Translations under genes and position numbers: made by a program
Virus record (IMG/VR): IMGVR_UViG_2713896909_000009
Location: 32,673-96,672 of that record
From: a virus
Lineage: Duplodnaviria > Heunggongvirae > Uroviricota > Caudoviricetes
DNA: 64,000 nt
Reading direction: 5' to 3' (one strand)
In this document: piece by piece, positions 54,734-64,000 of the stretch
Position numbering within the stretch: position 1 is the stretch's first letter
Layout of the letters: each line of letters opens with the position of its first letter
The notes under the pieces: model-generated
Seen by the model: only the letters and a program-made list of their open reading frames with translations
The model's database searches: none
Told to the model about the DNA's origin: nothing

Positions 54734-55318
54734 GTGAAAATGACTTTCAGAATGAGTGCTGAAGCACAAACCATTCGCGTATTTAATTATCTCGATGGTA
54801 CAAATGAATTTATTGGAGAAAGTGATGCCTATATTCCACCACATACAGGGCTTCCGGCAAACAGCACAGATATTGCTCCTCCTAAGATTCCAGCTGGTTT
54901 TGCCGCTATATTCGACACAACCCGAAACTTATGGAATTTAATAGAGGACCATAGAGGAAAAACTGTTTATCACACTGAAACAGGTGACGCTAAAACTATA
55001 TTTAAATTAGGCGCTTTGCCTGAGGATGTTACGTGCATTCCTCCTGATGATGAGTATCAGAAGTGGAATGGAAATCAATGGGTTACAGACGATGAGGCGA
55101 AGCATCAAGCTCAGATAACCTATGCAAACTCAAAGAAAAATGAGTTGTTAAAGCACGCAAGCGTAGAGATAGCGATCTTACAAGATGCTGTTGATTTATG
55201 TATTGCAACAGATGAAGAGAAAGTTTTATTAAATGAATGGAAAAAATACAGAGTGCTTGTAAATAGGTTAAATGAAGATGACATCATTCAAATGAAAGTC
55301 CCTGAAATACCAGTTTGA
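54734..55318 (+). CDS. tail fibre assembly chaperone (Tfa / U-like)
   Basis: 194 aa with C-terminal LLNEWKKYRVLVNRL pattern typical of Tfa. Confidence 0.7.
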   Translation: MKMTFRMSAEAQTIRVFNYLDGTNEFIGESDAYIPPHTGLPANSTDIAPPKIPAGFAAIFDTTRNLWNLIEDHRGKTVYHTETGDAKTIFKLGALPEDVTCIPPDDEYQKWNGNQWVTDDEAKHQAQITYANSKKNELLKHASVEIAILQDAVDLCIATDEEKVLLNEWKKYRVLVNRLNEDDIIQMKVPEIPV

Positions 55319-55372
55319 TTTATATATTAATAAGCCACTGTTGACAGGACTGTTTTACAGTGGCTTGTTTTA

Positions 55373-56521
55373 TTATCCAAACCAATTTTCTAGAACATTT
55401 TCAAATTTATGGGTAACTTGCCACCATAAATAGTTCTCTAATACATATTTCTTTCCGTTATTTGCAATTTGTTCTAATTTTTCGGAGTGTAATGTTTCAT
55501 ATATATCACTAGCTAAACTTTCTGGCAACATTGGTTCATTTATATGAAATCCTGTATGGTTATTTTTTACAAATTCAACCATTCCACCTCGAGTGCTAAC
55601 TAAAACGGGTTTTCCTGCCCCCATAGCTTCTATAGCAACCATGCAGAACGGTTCTTGAAACTGAGATGGGATTACAACTAGATCGGCTATAGGATAGTAA
55701 CGGTACATATCATCTGGTTTTACCCCGCCAACAAGATGACAACGCGAACCAATAGTTCCAGCAAGTTCCCTTACTTGTTTTTGATATGCAGCTTTTTCTC
55801 CTTTATCTTTATTATTGTAGTCACCAACAACTACAAGTTCTATATTGTCACATGATTTTATCAATTTTTTAAACGCTTGTAATAGTAAAACAGTCCCTTT
55901 TTCAGGGGAGATCCTTCCCGCATAAAAGATAACTTTTTTCTCAGAGGGAATGCCTAAATCTTGTTTTGTTAGCGGGGGTAGCCCTTTATCTAGATTGTGT
56001 GGTTCTGTACCATTAGGAACTATACAAATTTCAGCGTCAGGAAGATGTTTTTCATAAAAATCCTTTAAATACTGACTTGGAACAAGCATTTTCACATTGC
56101 TATCTAGCCCTTTCGGTGTAAAGGCATTATGCATATGCATTATCATTTTTGCGTCAGGAGCTTTCTCTCTAATTTGACGATAAAGTTTCATGCTGTTATG
56201 AACAATAATAATGCTATCGTTTGTGATATTGAAATCTTTAGCAATGTTTAACACTCGTTGTGAATATGGAATAGGATCTATTCTGCTCCATTTTTGAAAT
56301 ATCCGTTTATAAAGACGGCTAAACCCTATTCTATGGATAGAGCATCGCTCATTAACAATATCTTTTTCTGAGAAACCATCCTCTCGAATGCATGCTATAC
56401 GATTTGGTATTCTTGTTCTCTTTGCGACTTGATATATCCAAGTTTCAACAGCTGCTGCGCCACGAGGTGGTATTGAAAATATTGGTGTAACTGTAAATAT
56501 TAATTTGTCAATCATGAGCAA
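55373..56521 (-). CDS. glycosyltransferase family 4 (GT-B)
   Basis: EPFCMVAIEAMGAGKPVLVSTRGG and upstream Rossmann features; low-GC. Confidence 0.8.
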   Translation of the reverse strand: MLMIDKLIFTVTPIFSIPPRGAAAVETWIYQVAKRTRIPNRIACIREDGFSEKDIVNERCSIHRIGFSRLYKRIFQKWSRIDPIPYSQRVLNIAKDFNITNDSIIIVHNSMKLYRQIREKAPDAKMIMHMHNAFTPKGLDSNVKMLVPSQYLKDFYEKHLPDAEICIVPNGTEPHNLDKGLPPLTKQDLGIPSEKKVIFYAGRISPEKGTVLLLQAFKKLIKSCDNIELVVVGDYNNKDKGEKAAYQKQVRELAGTIGSRCHLVGGVKPDDMYRYYPIADLVVIPSQFQEPFCMVAIEAMGAGKPVLVSTRGGMVEFVKNNHTGFHINEPMLPESLASDIYETLHSEKLEQIANNGKKYVLENYLWWQVTHKFENVLENWFG

Positions 56522-57059
56522 CTATCCTCTTATAATCTTTTTCCTTTAAATGTTTTTTTAGGGTTGCGGGAGAGCCCGCATACATTGTATTAGCAGGAAC
56601 ATCAGTATTTACAACGCTATTTGCAGCTATAACACTATTGTCTCCTATTTTTACACCTGGTAGCACAGTTGTATTTGCCCCAATCCAAACATTACGGCCT
56701 ATTTTTATTGGAGCGCAAATTGTTTCTTTGGGACGTTTGCTTGGTGTTAGTGGATGCGTGACAGTTGTTAATACAACGTTGGGGCCAATGGCAGAGTTAC
56801 ATCCAATATCTATTGTTTTTGCATCGAGAAAAACACAATTTGCGTTAATGAAGACCTTTTTATCAATAATTATATTGCCATTCTCAAAATAAAATGGAGC
56901 TGTTATTGTTGAGTCTTCACTTACTTTAACTCCTGTTTTTTTTAATGTGATTAATTTTTTTCTTTTTGAGATCAAGGTATAATTAAATATATGTCTTGCT
57001 TTCTTTGCTTTCTTTTTTTGAAAAATTATATAGAAATAATATGTTAGCAAATCAAACAT
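56508..57059 (-). CDS. hexapeptide-repeat O-acetyltransferase (LacA/WbbJ-like)
   Basis: Left-handed beta-helix repeats (IGCNSAIGPNVVL, IGRNVWIGANTTVLPGVKIGDNSVIAANSVV); overlaps GT4 start. Confidence 0.8.
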   Translation of the reverse strand: MFDLLTYYFYIIFQKKKAKKARHIFNYTLISKRKKLITLKKTGVKVSEDSTITAPFYFENGNIIIDKKVFINANCVFLDAKTIDIGCNSAIGPNVVLTTVTHPLTPSKRPKETICAPIKIGRNVWIGANTTVLPGVKIGDNSVIAANSVVNTDVPANTMYAGSPATLKKHLKEKDYKRIVAHD

Positions 57060-57083
57060 TGTTGTTTTACTTCCATTTAAAAT

Positions 57084-57413
57084 TTAACTATCAAATGTGG
57101 CTCCTATTTCTCGCATTTTGTTAAGTATGATGTTTATTTCATTGCTACCGAGAGAAGTTTGGGCAGCTATGAAAAAAAGTATGTGCAATGACATAGATCT
57201 GTTATTTTCTTTGTTTATATATTTTCTCCACTGGCTATCGCTGCTGACCCCGGCTAGTTCTGCCATTTGATTCCCTGTATACCCAAGCGTTTCTTTGAAT
57301 TGACGCAAATCTTGTGATTTGGGGGGGGTGTAGTTGTTTATTAACCTCATATTAAACCCATTATTGGTAAGCTTTCGTTGGTGTAATGGTAGCACCAATG
57401 GGGCTGCTGTCAA
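57084..57413 (-). CDS. putative HTH (XRE-like) DNA-binding protein
   Basis: LRQFKETLGYTGNQMAELAGVSSDSQWRKYI helix-turn-helix-like segment; start uncertain. Confidence 0.4.
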   Translation of the reverse strand: MTAAPLVLPLHQRKLTNNGFNMRLINNYTPPKSQDLRQFKETLGYTGNQMAELAGVSSDSQWRKYINKENNRSMSLHILFFIAAQTSLGSNEINIILNKMREIGATFDS

Positions 57414-57540
57414 GCGTCTTTTCTTTATAAATATAGGGAGCCATCAAAATCTGACATCAATTATCTATCGAAATATTTTGAATGACTGGTGAGAAGTTAC
57501 TTTGCATACCATTACCTCCTGACAACGTAGGAGGGAACTT

Positions 57541-57870
57541 GTGCTTGACACACAGGAATTAGCTCCAGTTGCTATTGCGCTCCTGCTTTCAGTAATTGGT
57601 GGGATAGGCACGTTCCTGATGGATGTCCGAGACGGTCGCCAGTCTGGCAATTTGTTGGGATTGGTTACGGAGATCTTTGTTGCAGTGACAGCTGGCGCGG
57701 TGGCGTACCTATTGGGGCAACACGAGGGCTGGGAGTTATCAATTACGTACTTAATGGTAACGATAGCCAGCAATAACGGTCATGAGGTGATTTCAGGGAT
57801 GAAACGAGTGAATATCGATAGCATTCTGAATGTTCTTACAAGTTTGGTGAAAAAGGGAGGCGGGAAATGA
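57541..57870 (+). CDS. lydA: holin (P1 LydA-like)
   Basis: 109 aa, two or three TM segments, charged C-terminus; followed by overlapping partner gene. Confidence 0.6.
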   Translation: MLDTQELAPVAIALLLSVIGGIGTFLMDVRDGRQSGNLLGLVTEIFVAVTAGAVAYLLGQHEGWELSITYLMVTIASNNGHEVISGMKRVNIDSILNVLTSLVKKGGGK

Positions 57871-58310
57871 TTGGCTGGGGTGTATGCGCTCTTGCGGCAG
57901 CCTTAGCTGATCGCTATTTGCTAAAACGCAAGGACATCACGAATTTAGAGCTTGGTGATGTGGAAATTAAACCGGGATTTATCCGGGTGCCGTTCAAATA
58001 TCGGTCTAAATTCCCGTTTTTGCGCGGTGCAACGGTCAGATATTGGCTCCGTGATGTTCAGAAGCCGACGACAGTGATTGAAGGCGAACAACGTTGCCTG
58101 ACGTCGGCTGAACAGGGCGAAAACAGTGAATGGTTGTACATACCCACTGAATATATGGGTAAAGGAGAACGACTGTGGCATTTCAACGTCATGGTTACGC
58201 ACGGCGACTCGTTCATTAACCCGTTGTATCGGATTTTCCCTGTTACTCAGCAAATCCGCAGAAGTTACGTAATAAATCTCGCACAGGATGTGTCAGATGA
58301 CGAAAAATAA
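57867..58310 (+). CDS. lydB: LydB-like lysis regulator (antiholin candidate)
   Basis: 147 aa, translationally coupled to holin; assignment by position and size. Confidence 0.45.
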   Translation: MIGWGVCALAAALADRYLLKRKDITNLELGDVEIKPGFIRVPFKYRSKFPFLRGATVRYWLRDVQKPTTVIEGEQRCLTSAEQGENSEWLYIPTEYMGKGERLWHFNVMVTHGDSFINPLYRIFPVTQQIRRSYVINLAQDVSDDEK

Positions 58311-58899
58311 GTATGCAACGGTCGATTTTGACCAGGTTAATGAAAAGGGGCTTAAATCCCTTATCACGGCGATCAATAAAACCGGTGTTACGGTAATTGA
58401 GGTTGACTCCAGCAACCGCGCAACTACGAAAGATGGCGTTAAAGTTAAAACCGCAAAGTTGGTTCTTAACGACGGACAAATTCTTGCTATACAGGTAAAT
58501 GATACTGGCGATATATCGTCTGTGAAACTGAATGGAAAAGCTATTCCTAATGCTCAATCGCCAGATATCAAGACGCTTGGTACCGTCATGGGGCAAGCGG
58601 CCCACAAAAACGCTGCAAAATTCCAGAAATCACTGATCGCCAAAGCTAAACGTGTTGCCAATCCGGTAGACAAGAAACCGGCAGTTAAATCCAACTTTCA
58701 GCGCCTGCAAGAGGCAAAACAGCGGAATGCTCAGGTGGTTGCCGCTTATAAATCCGCGCAGAACTCGGTGTCTTTCAATCAACAGCAGATCACTGATTTG
58801 CGGGCGAAGCTGGATAAGGAGACAGGTCGACTCAATAACGAAAAGGCCAGGAATGGCGAACTCAAACGCCGTCTTAAGCAACTGAAAGCAGGAAATTAA
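58297..58899 (+). CDS. hypothetical protein preceding darA
   Basis: ORF with coiled-coil C-terminus; start taken at MTKNKY. Confidence 0.45.
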   Translation: MTKNKYATVDFDQVNEKGLKSLITAINKTGVTVIEVDSSNRATTKDGVKVKTAKLVLNDGQILAIQVNDTGDISSVKLNGKAIPNAQSPDIKTLGTVMGQAAHKNAAKFQKSLIAKAKRVANPVDKKPAVKSNFQRLQEAKQRNAQVVAAYKSAQNSVSFNQQQITDLRAKLDKETGRLNNEKARNGELKRRLKQLKAGN

Positions 58900-58900
58900 C

Positions 58901-60820
58901 ATGGAACAGTTCAATATCAATAAAGGGGTGACGATCAAACCTGGGCTTGACGTGCTTCCCCCGCCAGTGACTGATGATGAATATCGCGCATTAATGGCCG
59001 GTGAGGACCGCTATCTGATGACGGAATCCAACACCCTGGAGGAAATCGAGGCTACGTTCTTCTATGACACGCCGATCCACTGGTGTGCTACGGATTTACT
59101 GGAGGCGATTAGTTCTACTCGTTTGCAGTTACACCGGACCATGCAGGCATTTGTCCGGGCATTGAACCAGAAGCTGAATGGTACCGGAATCTCTGCGGGG
59201 AGTGATAAAACGGGGGATGTGGCCCAGAGCGGCGCGCGCGCGATCGGCGGCGCTGAAATTGGTCGGGCACGTAACGTTAACGGGCTGCCGGTCCTGCCAG
59301 CCATTATTCCGCTCAGTGATGGTCAGACTATCAGCATTCTGTTTCATAGCCCGACAGCGGAAAACCGGATCACCAATAGCGATACGCTGGTTGCTTTCCA
59401 GTTCTTACTGAATAAAAAAGACGTTACTCACACCGTTGCTCCGATGAGTGGACGTGATATGACGCTGGCACAGGTCACCATGAAACTTGCCAACCTTGCA
59501 GAGAAAAACTCGGCAAAATTCCAGCGTGCGCAGAAGAAGAAAAAAGCTCTTGTTGATGAAATAACCCAACTACAGGCTGACAGTGACCAGAAAGAGGATG
59601 CCATGAGCGACCTCGCGGATCAGGTGGCAGCGGTAGAAGGGCAGAAGGCAGATCTGGAGCAGAAAATTAACGCTGTTGCATCGGAAGCGGATTCTCTTTA
59701 TGAAGAGAATGAGCGTTTGCAGACGGAGATTGATCAGCTCAATCGCACAGGTGGGCGCGATACCATTGCTCCAGCGGGGATGACTGGTGGGCACTCGCGC
59801 GCGCTGACGGATCGCCTTGCCAGTATCAAAAATCGTATGCATATGAACGGGGAAGTGACGCTCAGTAATGGTGCATCAATGAAGCAATTCATTGAGGACG
59901 GCGAAGGGTATATCCAGTTAACCGATTCGGATGGCAGCGTGTACATGATCAAGGCTAAATCCATACAGGGTGTGGACATGGCAGATGCGATCGGCAAGCT
60001 GTTTAAAGCCTATAAAGCGGGTAATGTATCGGAATATCTGGTCCAGCCAGAAGAACATAAACCAGAAAACGTCGAACCTGAACCAGCGGAGGATACCGGT
60101 AGCTCTTCGCCTGAACCAGAAGTCTCTGTAGGTGCATATCGATATGCCCTGCAAATGCGTCCGGCGGCCCCTGGCGCGATACCTGAAGGTAACAAAGCAA
60201 TTCTTCCGCGCCCTGATGAAGGTGACCCGTATTATGAATATGCACGCTACGGCATTGCTACTTACGATACCCCGCTTTCTGATCAGCAAATGAGTGAGTA
60301 CGACCTGAAGTTATTGCCTCGCGAGGATTCTTTCGACTTCCTGGCGAAGACACTTACTAATGGTCCGTTTGGCAAATATGCACAAAAAGCTCTGGAGCTG
60401 GCCACCAGCTCACCAGACGAGTTCCGCGTAATGCTGAAAACTCAGTTTCAAAAAACTTTCCCCAATATTGCGTTTCCGGGGGGCGCAGGCACCGAGAAAA
60501 TGGTGCAGAGCATGATCAATGCATTGCAGGCCGAAGTCGGTGAGATTACTCAACCAGAACCGGCCCCGGAACAGCCTGATGAAAAGGTTAGCGAAGCAGA
60601 TGCAGAGGCTAATAAAGCCATTGAATATCTCAATAATGTGATGGATATGCAAAGCACTGACATGGCGGAGATCCGCAACGCCAGAGGCAATGTCAGGGAA
60701 GCGATTGCTGCCCTTCAGGCTGCCGGACGTTTTGAGGAAAACGAAGAGCTGGTTAATGGCGCAGCTCGCCACCTGGCTGATCTGCTGGTAGCAATCCAGA
60801 AAGCGGGAGTAGCGGCATGA
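58901..60820 (+). CDS. darA: DarA-like antirestriction virion protein
   Basis: 639 aa (size I recall for P1 DarA), downstream of lydAB and followed by ddr-like genes; no catalytic motif. Confidence 0.6.
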   Translation: MEQFNINKGVTIKPGLDVLPPPVTDDEYRALMAGEDRYLMTESNTLEEIEATFFYDTPIHWCATDLLEAISSTRLQLHRTMQAFVRALNQKLNGTGISAGSDKTGDVAQSGARAIGGAEIGRARNVNGLPVLPAIIPLSDGQTISILFHSPTAENRITNSDTLVAFQFLLNKKDVTHTVAPMSGRDMTLAQVTMKLANLAEKNSAKFQRAQKKKKALVDEITQLQADSDQKEDAMSDLADQVAAVEGQKADLEQKINAVASEADSLYEENERLQTEIDQLNRTGGRDTIAPAGMTGGHSRALTDRLASIKNRMHMNGEVTLSNGASMKQFIEDGEGYIQLTDSDGSVYMIKAKSIQGVDMADAIGKLFKAYKAGNVSEYLVQPEEHKPENVEPEPAEDTGSSSPEPEVSVGAYRYALQMRPAAPGAIPEGNKAILPRPDEGDPYYEYARYGIATYDTPLSDQQMSEYDLKLLPREDSFDFLAKTLTNGPFGKYAQKALELATSSPDEFRVMLKTQFQKTFPNIAFPGGAGTEKMVQSMINALQAEVGEITQPEPAPEQPDEKVSEADAEANKAIEYLNNVMDMQSTDMAEIRNARGNVREAIAALQAAGRFEENEELVNGAARHLADLLVAIQKAGVAA

Positions 60821-61182
60821 CACTATCAGCTATTGAGTTAATGGACCTCAGCGATAAGTTGGATGCTCTGATGTCCAAAGCTGCTACCGCGAGTGGCATG
60901 GAGTTGCTGGATATCAGCGATGAAATTGACCAGATCATGCAACAGATGGGGTACGGCGCGTCCGGCGGCGGTAATGGCGAGGAAAAACAACCTTCGGTAC
61001 ATGATGGTGTACCAAAACTGGTTGCTGATTTCTTGGCTGATAAATTCGTCGATCAGAGCACCGATGCATTTATCGGTACGTTGCAGGACTTAAGTCAATA
61101 TGTTGGCACATACATCGACCTGGACCAGGTTAAACAGCACACGGCGGCATGGATAGCCGCCAATATTAAAGAGGCGGTATAA
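60817..61182 (+). CDS. DdrA-like protein
   Basis: 121-aa ORF translationally coupled to darA. Confidence 0.45.
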   Translation: MTLSAIELMDLSDKLDALMSKAATASGMELLDISDEIDQIMQQMGYGASGGGNGEEKQPSVHDGVPKLVADFLADKFVDQSTDAFIGTLQDLSQYVGTYIDLDQVKQHTAAWIAANIKEAV

Positions 61183-61194
61183 GGCGTAACAGGG

Positions 61195-62883
61195 ATGAGT
61201 TTAAACGATCAGATAGTTATGACCACCAGCAGCGGATACAACGGTGTTGCGCCATATACCAGCTTGTTATTACATCGGGCATCCGGCATCAAAGATATTA
61301 TTCACCTGATCCGGCTGCTTTCCCGCACAGATCCCCAGGATGAACAGCTGGTACAAGTGCTTGCGCATTTTGTCCGAATCCCTGTTGCAGACGTGAAAAA
61401 ATGGTGTCGATTATTCGGTATCAGCAATTCGTTACTTCGCGGATTGTTAAATCACGCATCCTCCCTTGGGCGAGACGGCTTTGATGAGATAGCGCAGGCG
61501 ATAAAAAACGGAGATATGCCACCAGCTATTGACTGGTTTTCCATTCGCCCAACCAGGGTGAAAGCATTCCTTAGCGCGGCGCAATCAGCATCACCATTGG
61601 CAGAAATGGTTCAGAGGTTGTCGCTCATATTCACAGATCATACCGCGTTTGGTGATCTGGCTCTGGACGAGATGAAAGAAGCCGCCATTCAGTGGGCCGA
61701 TCAACAAAATGAGGTTAACTCTGACTTCTTGCCAGCATTCAGGAAGGCCGTTAGTAAAGCGGATGATGCCCGTGGAATTATGAAGGCATTTAAGGCATTG
61801 CAAAGTCGGGTTAATAAACATGCCGGTGATATCGATGGGGTAACGGCGGAAGGCCGGGATATCCTGAAAGAGCACGGCATAACGCCAGAATTTATTGATG
61901 AGATCAGGACGGATATGCAGCGTGAGGTCGTATCGTCTCTGCAAATCGTAGCCAGGGCGTTGGCGGATGCTAATCCGAAGAGTGCGGCCATTGTTAACCG
62001 GGTTATTGGTGATATTGAAGCATCTGAGGGCATGGGGGCACTGAAACTCTTCCTTTCGCGAGCGTTTAATCCTAACGGCAATATTCTCCCCGGCATTATT
62101 GGTGAGGCTAAAAAGTATGTCAGCGAAGAAGAACTTGAGCATCTTGACCAACTACTTAAGCGATTCTCATATAACCCGCAGACACGCTGGCAAATGAATC
62201 AGCGAAGTATGGGGTCGGTCCACGAGAAAGTGTTATCTGCCATGAACAGTGCGATCACCAATTCATCCGTATCTGAAGAAAAAGCTCTTGAGTGGGCCGA
62301 CTCTTTTATCACGGAAGAAGTGGAAGAAGCCCGCGCTGGACAGAATGGTGGGATAGACCTGCGCAAGGAACTTGCTGATATTTATCGCCTGACCGGCGGT
62401 AAAATTTCGACCCTATCAAAGATAATTCACCACCAGGGCAGGGCATATGCAAATCTTAATGGTGTTGTTGCTGTCAATTTGAACGATGAAAATGCAAGTG
62501 CACTGTGGCACGAGCTGGGTCATCATCTTGAGTACAGTAACCCTGGTTTGTTAGAGAAAGCCCGGTCATTCCTGAAGGCCAATGTTGAAGGGGATAAACC
62601 ATCTTTCGTTAATATCGGTGGGCGTGGCAAGCCTGAATGGTGCTTCAGATCTCAATTGAGTAATATTTATATGGCGAAGGTATACCCGCCAGTCTCAGTA
62701 AGTAACACCGGGAAAATTCGGCAGAAATCACCGACTATTTCCAAAACGTCAGCAACGGAAGTATTCTCTATGGCTCTTCAGTTGTATCATGACAAAGAGG
62801 CCGCTGCCGCATCACTGATGAATGGTGACGGATTGCTGGAACTGTTATTAGGTGTGGCAAAGGAGCTAAATAATGCAGATTAA
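61195..62883 (+). CDS. hypothetical dar-operon protein
   Basis: 562-aa ORF following ddrA-like gene. Confidence 0.5.
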   Translation: MSLNDQIVMTTSSGYNGVAPYTSLLLHRASGIKDIIHLIRLLSRTDPQDEQLVQVLAHFVRIPVADVKKWCRLFGISNSLLRGLLNHASSLGRDGFDEIAQAIKNGDMPPAIDWFSIRPTRVKAFLSAAQSASPLAEMVQRLSLIFTDHTAFGDLALDEMKEAAIQWADQQNEVNSDFLPAFRKAVSKADDARGIMKAFKALQSRVNKHAGDIDGVTAEGRDILKEHGITPEFIDEIRTDMQREVVSSLQIVARALADANPKSAAIVNRVIGDIEASEGMGALKLFLSRAFNPNGNILPGIIGEAKKYVSEEELEHLDQLLKRFSYNPQTRWQMNQRSMGSVHEKVLSAMNSAITNSSVSEEKALEWADSFITEEVEEARAGQNGGIDLRKELADIYRLTGGKISTLSKIIHHQGRAYANLNGVVAVNLNDENASALWHELGHHLEYSNPGLLEKARSFLKANVEGDKPSFVNIGGRGKPEWCFRSQLSNIYMAKVYPPVSVSNTGKIRQKSPTISKTSATEVFSMALQLYHDKEAAAASLMNGDGLLELLLGVAKELNNAD

Positions 62884-63193
62884 AATCGCAGCGCCATTAG
62901 GCGGAGATGCCATTATCGAATTTGATGATAATGAAGAAGTTTCCGGGCGTTTAAGCATTATCTCCGGTGACATTACCGAGGGCATGATCGCTGAAGCCAT
63001 AGCTGGGGCAAATCCCAATAGCTATATGGGATTCGTTAACACCCTTGATGCTCCCGCAAGTGATGTTCTCCGAACGCTGCATCTTTACGCTGGCTGGTTT
63101 GTTGATTGGCCAGCAGTAGATGGTGGCGATGAGGATGATGATGACGATGAAGAGGGTTTTAGTGATGAAACAGTCAACCAACTCTTGTATTGA
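62873..63193 (+). CDS. small highly acidic protein
   Basis: 106 aa ending DGGDEDDDDDEEGFSDE; overlaps stop of upstream gene. Confidence 0.4.
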   Translation: MQIKIAAPLGGDAIIEFDDNEEVSGRLSIISGDITEGMIAEAIAGANPNSYMGFVNTLDAPASDVLRTLHLYAGWFVDWPAVDGGDEDDDDDEEGFSDETVNQLLY

Positions 63194-63396
63194 CAGGAAT
63201 TGGCATAGAATTGATTGTTCAAATTTCATCCATCACATAGACGACTTCATGTTATTTGCCTGATAATTATGGCTTTAATAACCCATGTATATCTTTTGGG
63301 TTATATTATTATCTTTAACAAGGTTATAAGAGCGACAATGATAAATTTATCACTATCGCTCTTATAACTCTTTGTTAGCTATAGCTTTAAACAAAT

Positions 63397-63684
63397 TTAG
63401 TTTTGAGGCAATGCAACAAAAGTCAGCTCTTGATCTTTGATTAATGCTTTTGTTTGTTTGGATGTAATTCCCACTTTAGTTTTTACATCATTGTGGAGCT
63501 TCTTATACGCTTTTATTTCATCTGCTGTATATCGGAAGCCATTTGCACTGTTACTGGACAGTTGAAGTGCGATTACGTCATCACTGACACCCGCATCGCT
63601 TAGCTTAGCTATGCGGGTAATAGTGTGGCCTGCGCGAGTGTTTGGGGTGGATATTTTGTCTAAGAAATTGTTCAGTTTTGCCAT
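63397..63684 (-). CDS. hypothetical protein
   Basis: 95-aa ORF in low-GC region at the right edge. Confidence 0.4.
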   Translation of the reverse strand: MAKLNNFLDKISTPNTRAGHTITRIAKLSDAGVSDDVIALQLSSNSANGFRYTADEIKAYKKLHNDVKTKVGITSKQTKALIKDQELTFVALPQN

Positions 63685-64000
63685 TGTTTACAACCTCTTA
63701 CTTGAGTTTATTGCAAGTAGAATTGCTACTATTCTTTTGCCTCAACGAATCACAATGTACTGGAATAAGAAACTATGAGCAATACTTACGCTTTGCGAAT
63801 ACAGAAGATGAATAATCAACTTATTACTAAAATGTTAATAATATTATTCTGTTACATAGTGTTCGCTATAACAATCGGGAGTTGAATGCTAATTCAATAA
63901 ATAAAGAACCCGCCAATTGGCGCTGAGGAATCCCCAGTAATGGGCGGGTAAAAAAAGACAGGCATAGAGTTTTGTGATCTACTGATTTGTGCAACCAATT

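Noticed and set aside
57360-57440. D-arm-like sequence TGGTGTAATGGTAGCACCA suggesting a tRNA
   Set aside because: No T-arm (GGTTCGA-type) or matching acceptor stem within 90 nt; lies inside a plausible coding frame

Overview
This window reads as a segment of a P1-like temperate phage-plasmid of Enterobacteriaceae. Every call below comes from reading motifs in the six-frame translations and the DNA by eye; no database search, alignment or folding program was run, so family assignments are provisional and P1 gene-order statements are from memory. Backbone modules I recognise: the P1-type partition operon parA-parB with parS, an iteron-flanked repA replicon with a DnaA box and GATC cluster, at least seven C1-repressor operator-like sites (ATTGCTCTAATAAATTT family), the immunity region (c4, icd, ant), kilA-repL, ban with a tRNA cluster, a Dcm-Dam fusion methyltransferase, virion blocks (capsid/sheath/tube candidates, Sit, baseplate W-J-I, tail fibre and its chaperone), lydA/lydB and the dar antirestriction operon. 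The candidates for an undescribed system, strongest first: (1) a macro-domain protein translationally coupled between the tail-fibre gene and its assembly chaperone, carrying the same His-x-His repeats as the fibre tip; (2) a LAGLIDADG intein inserted exactly at the catalytic cysteine of the methyltransferase; (3) a T5orf172 (GIY-YIG-like) protein inserted between the incA iterons and parA; (4) an operon of a DxD glycosyltransferase-like protein, a PrpA-like phosphatase and two paralogous Rossmann-fold transferase-like proteins; (5) a dispersed repeat family with long terminal stems among the tRNA genes, next to a 133-nt tRNA-like gene with an internal insertion. I cannot tell from sequence alone which, if any, is truly undescribed. 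No CRISPR array, rRNA, integrase or transposase was seen.
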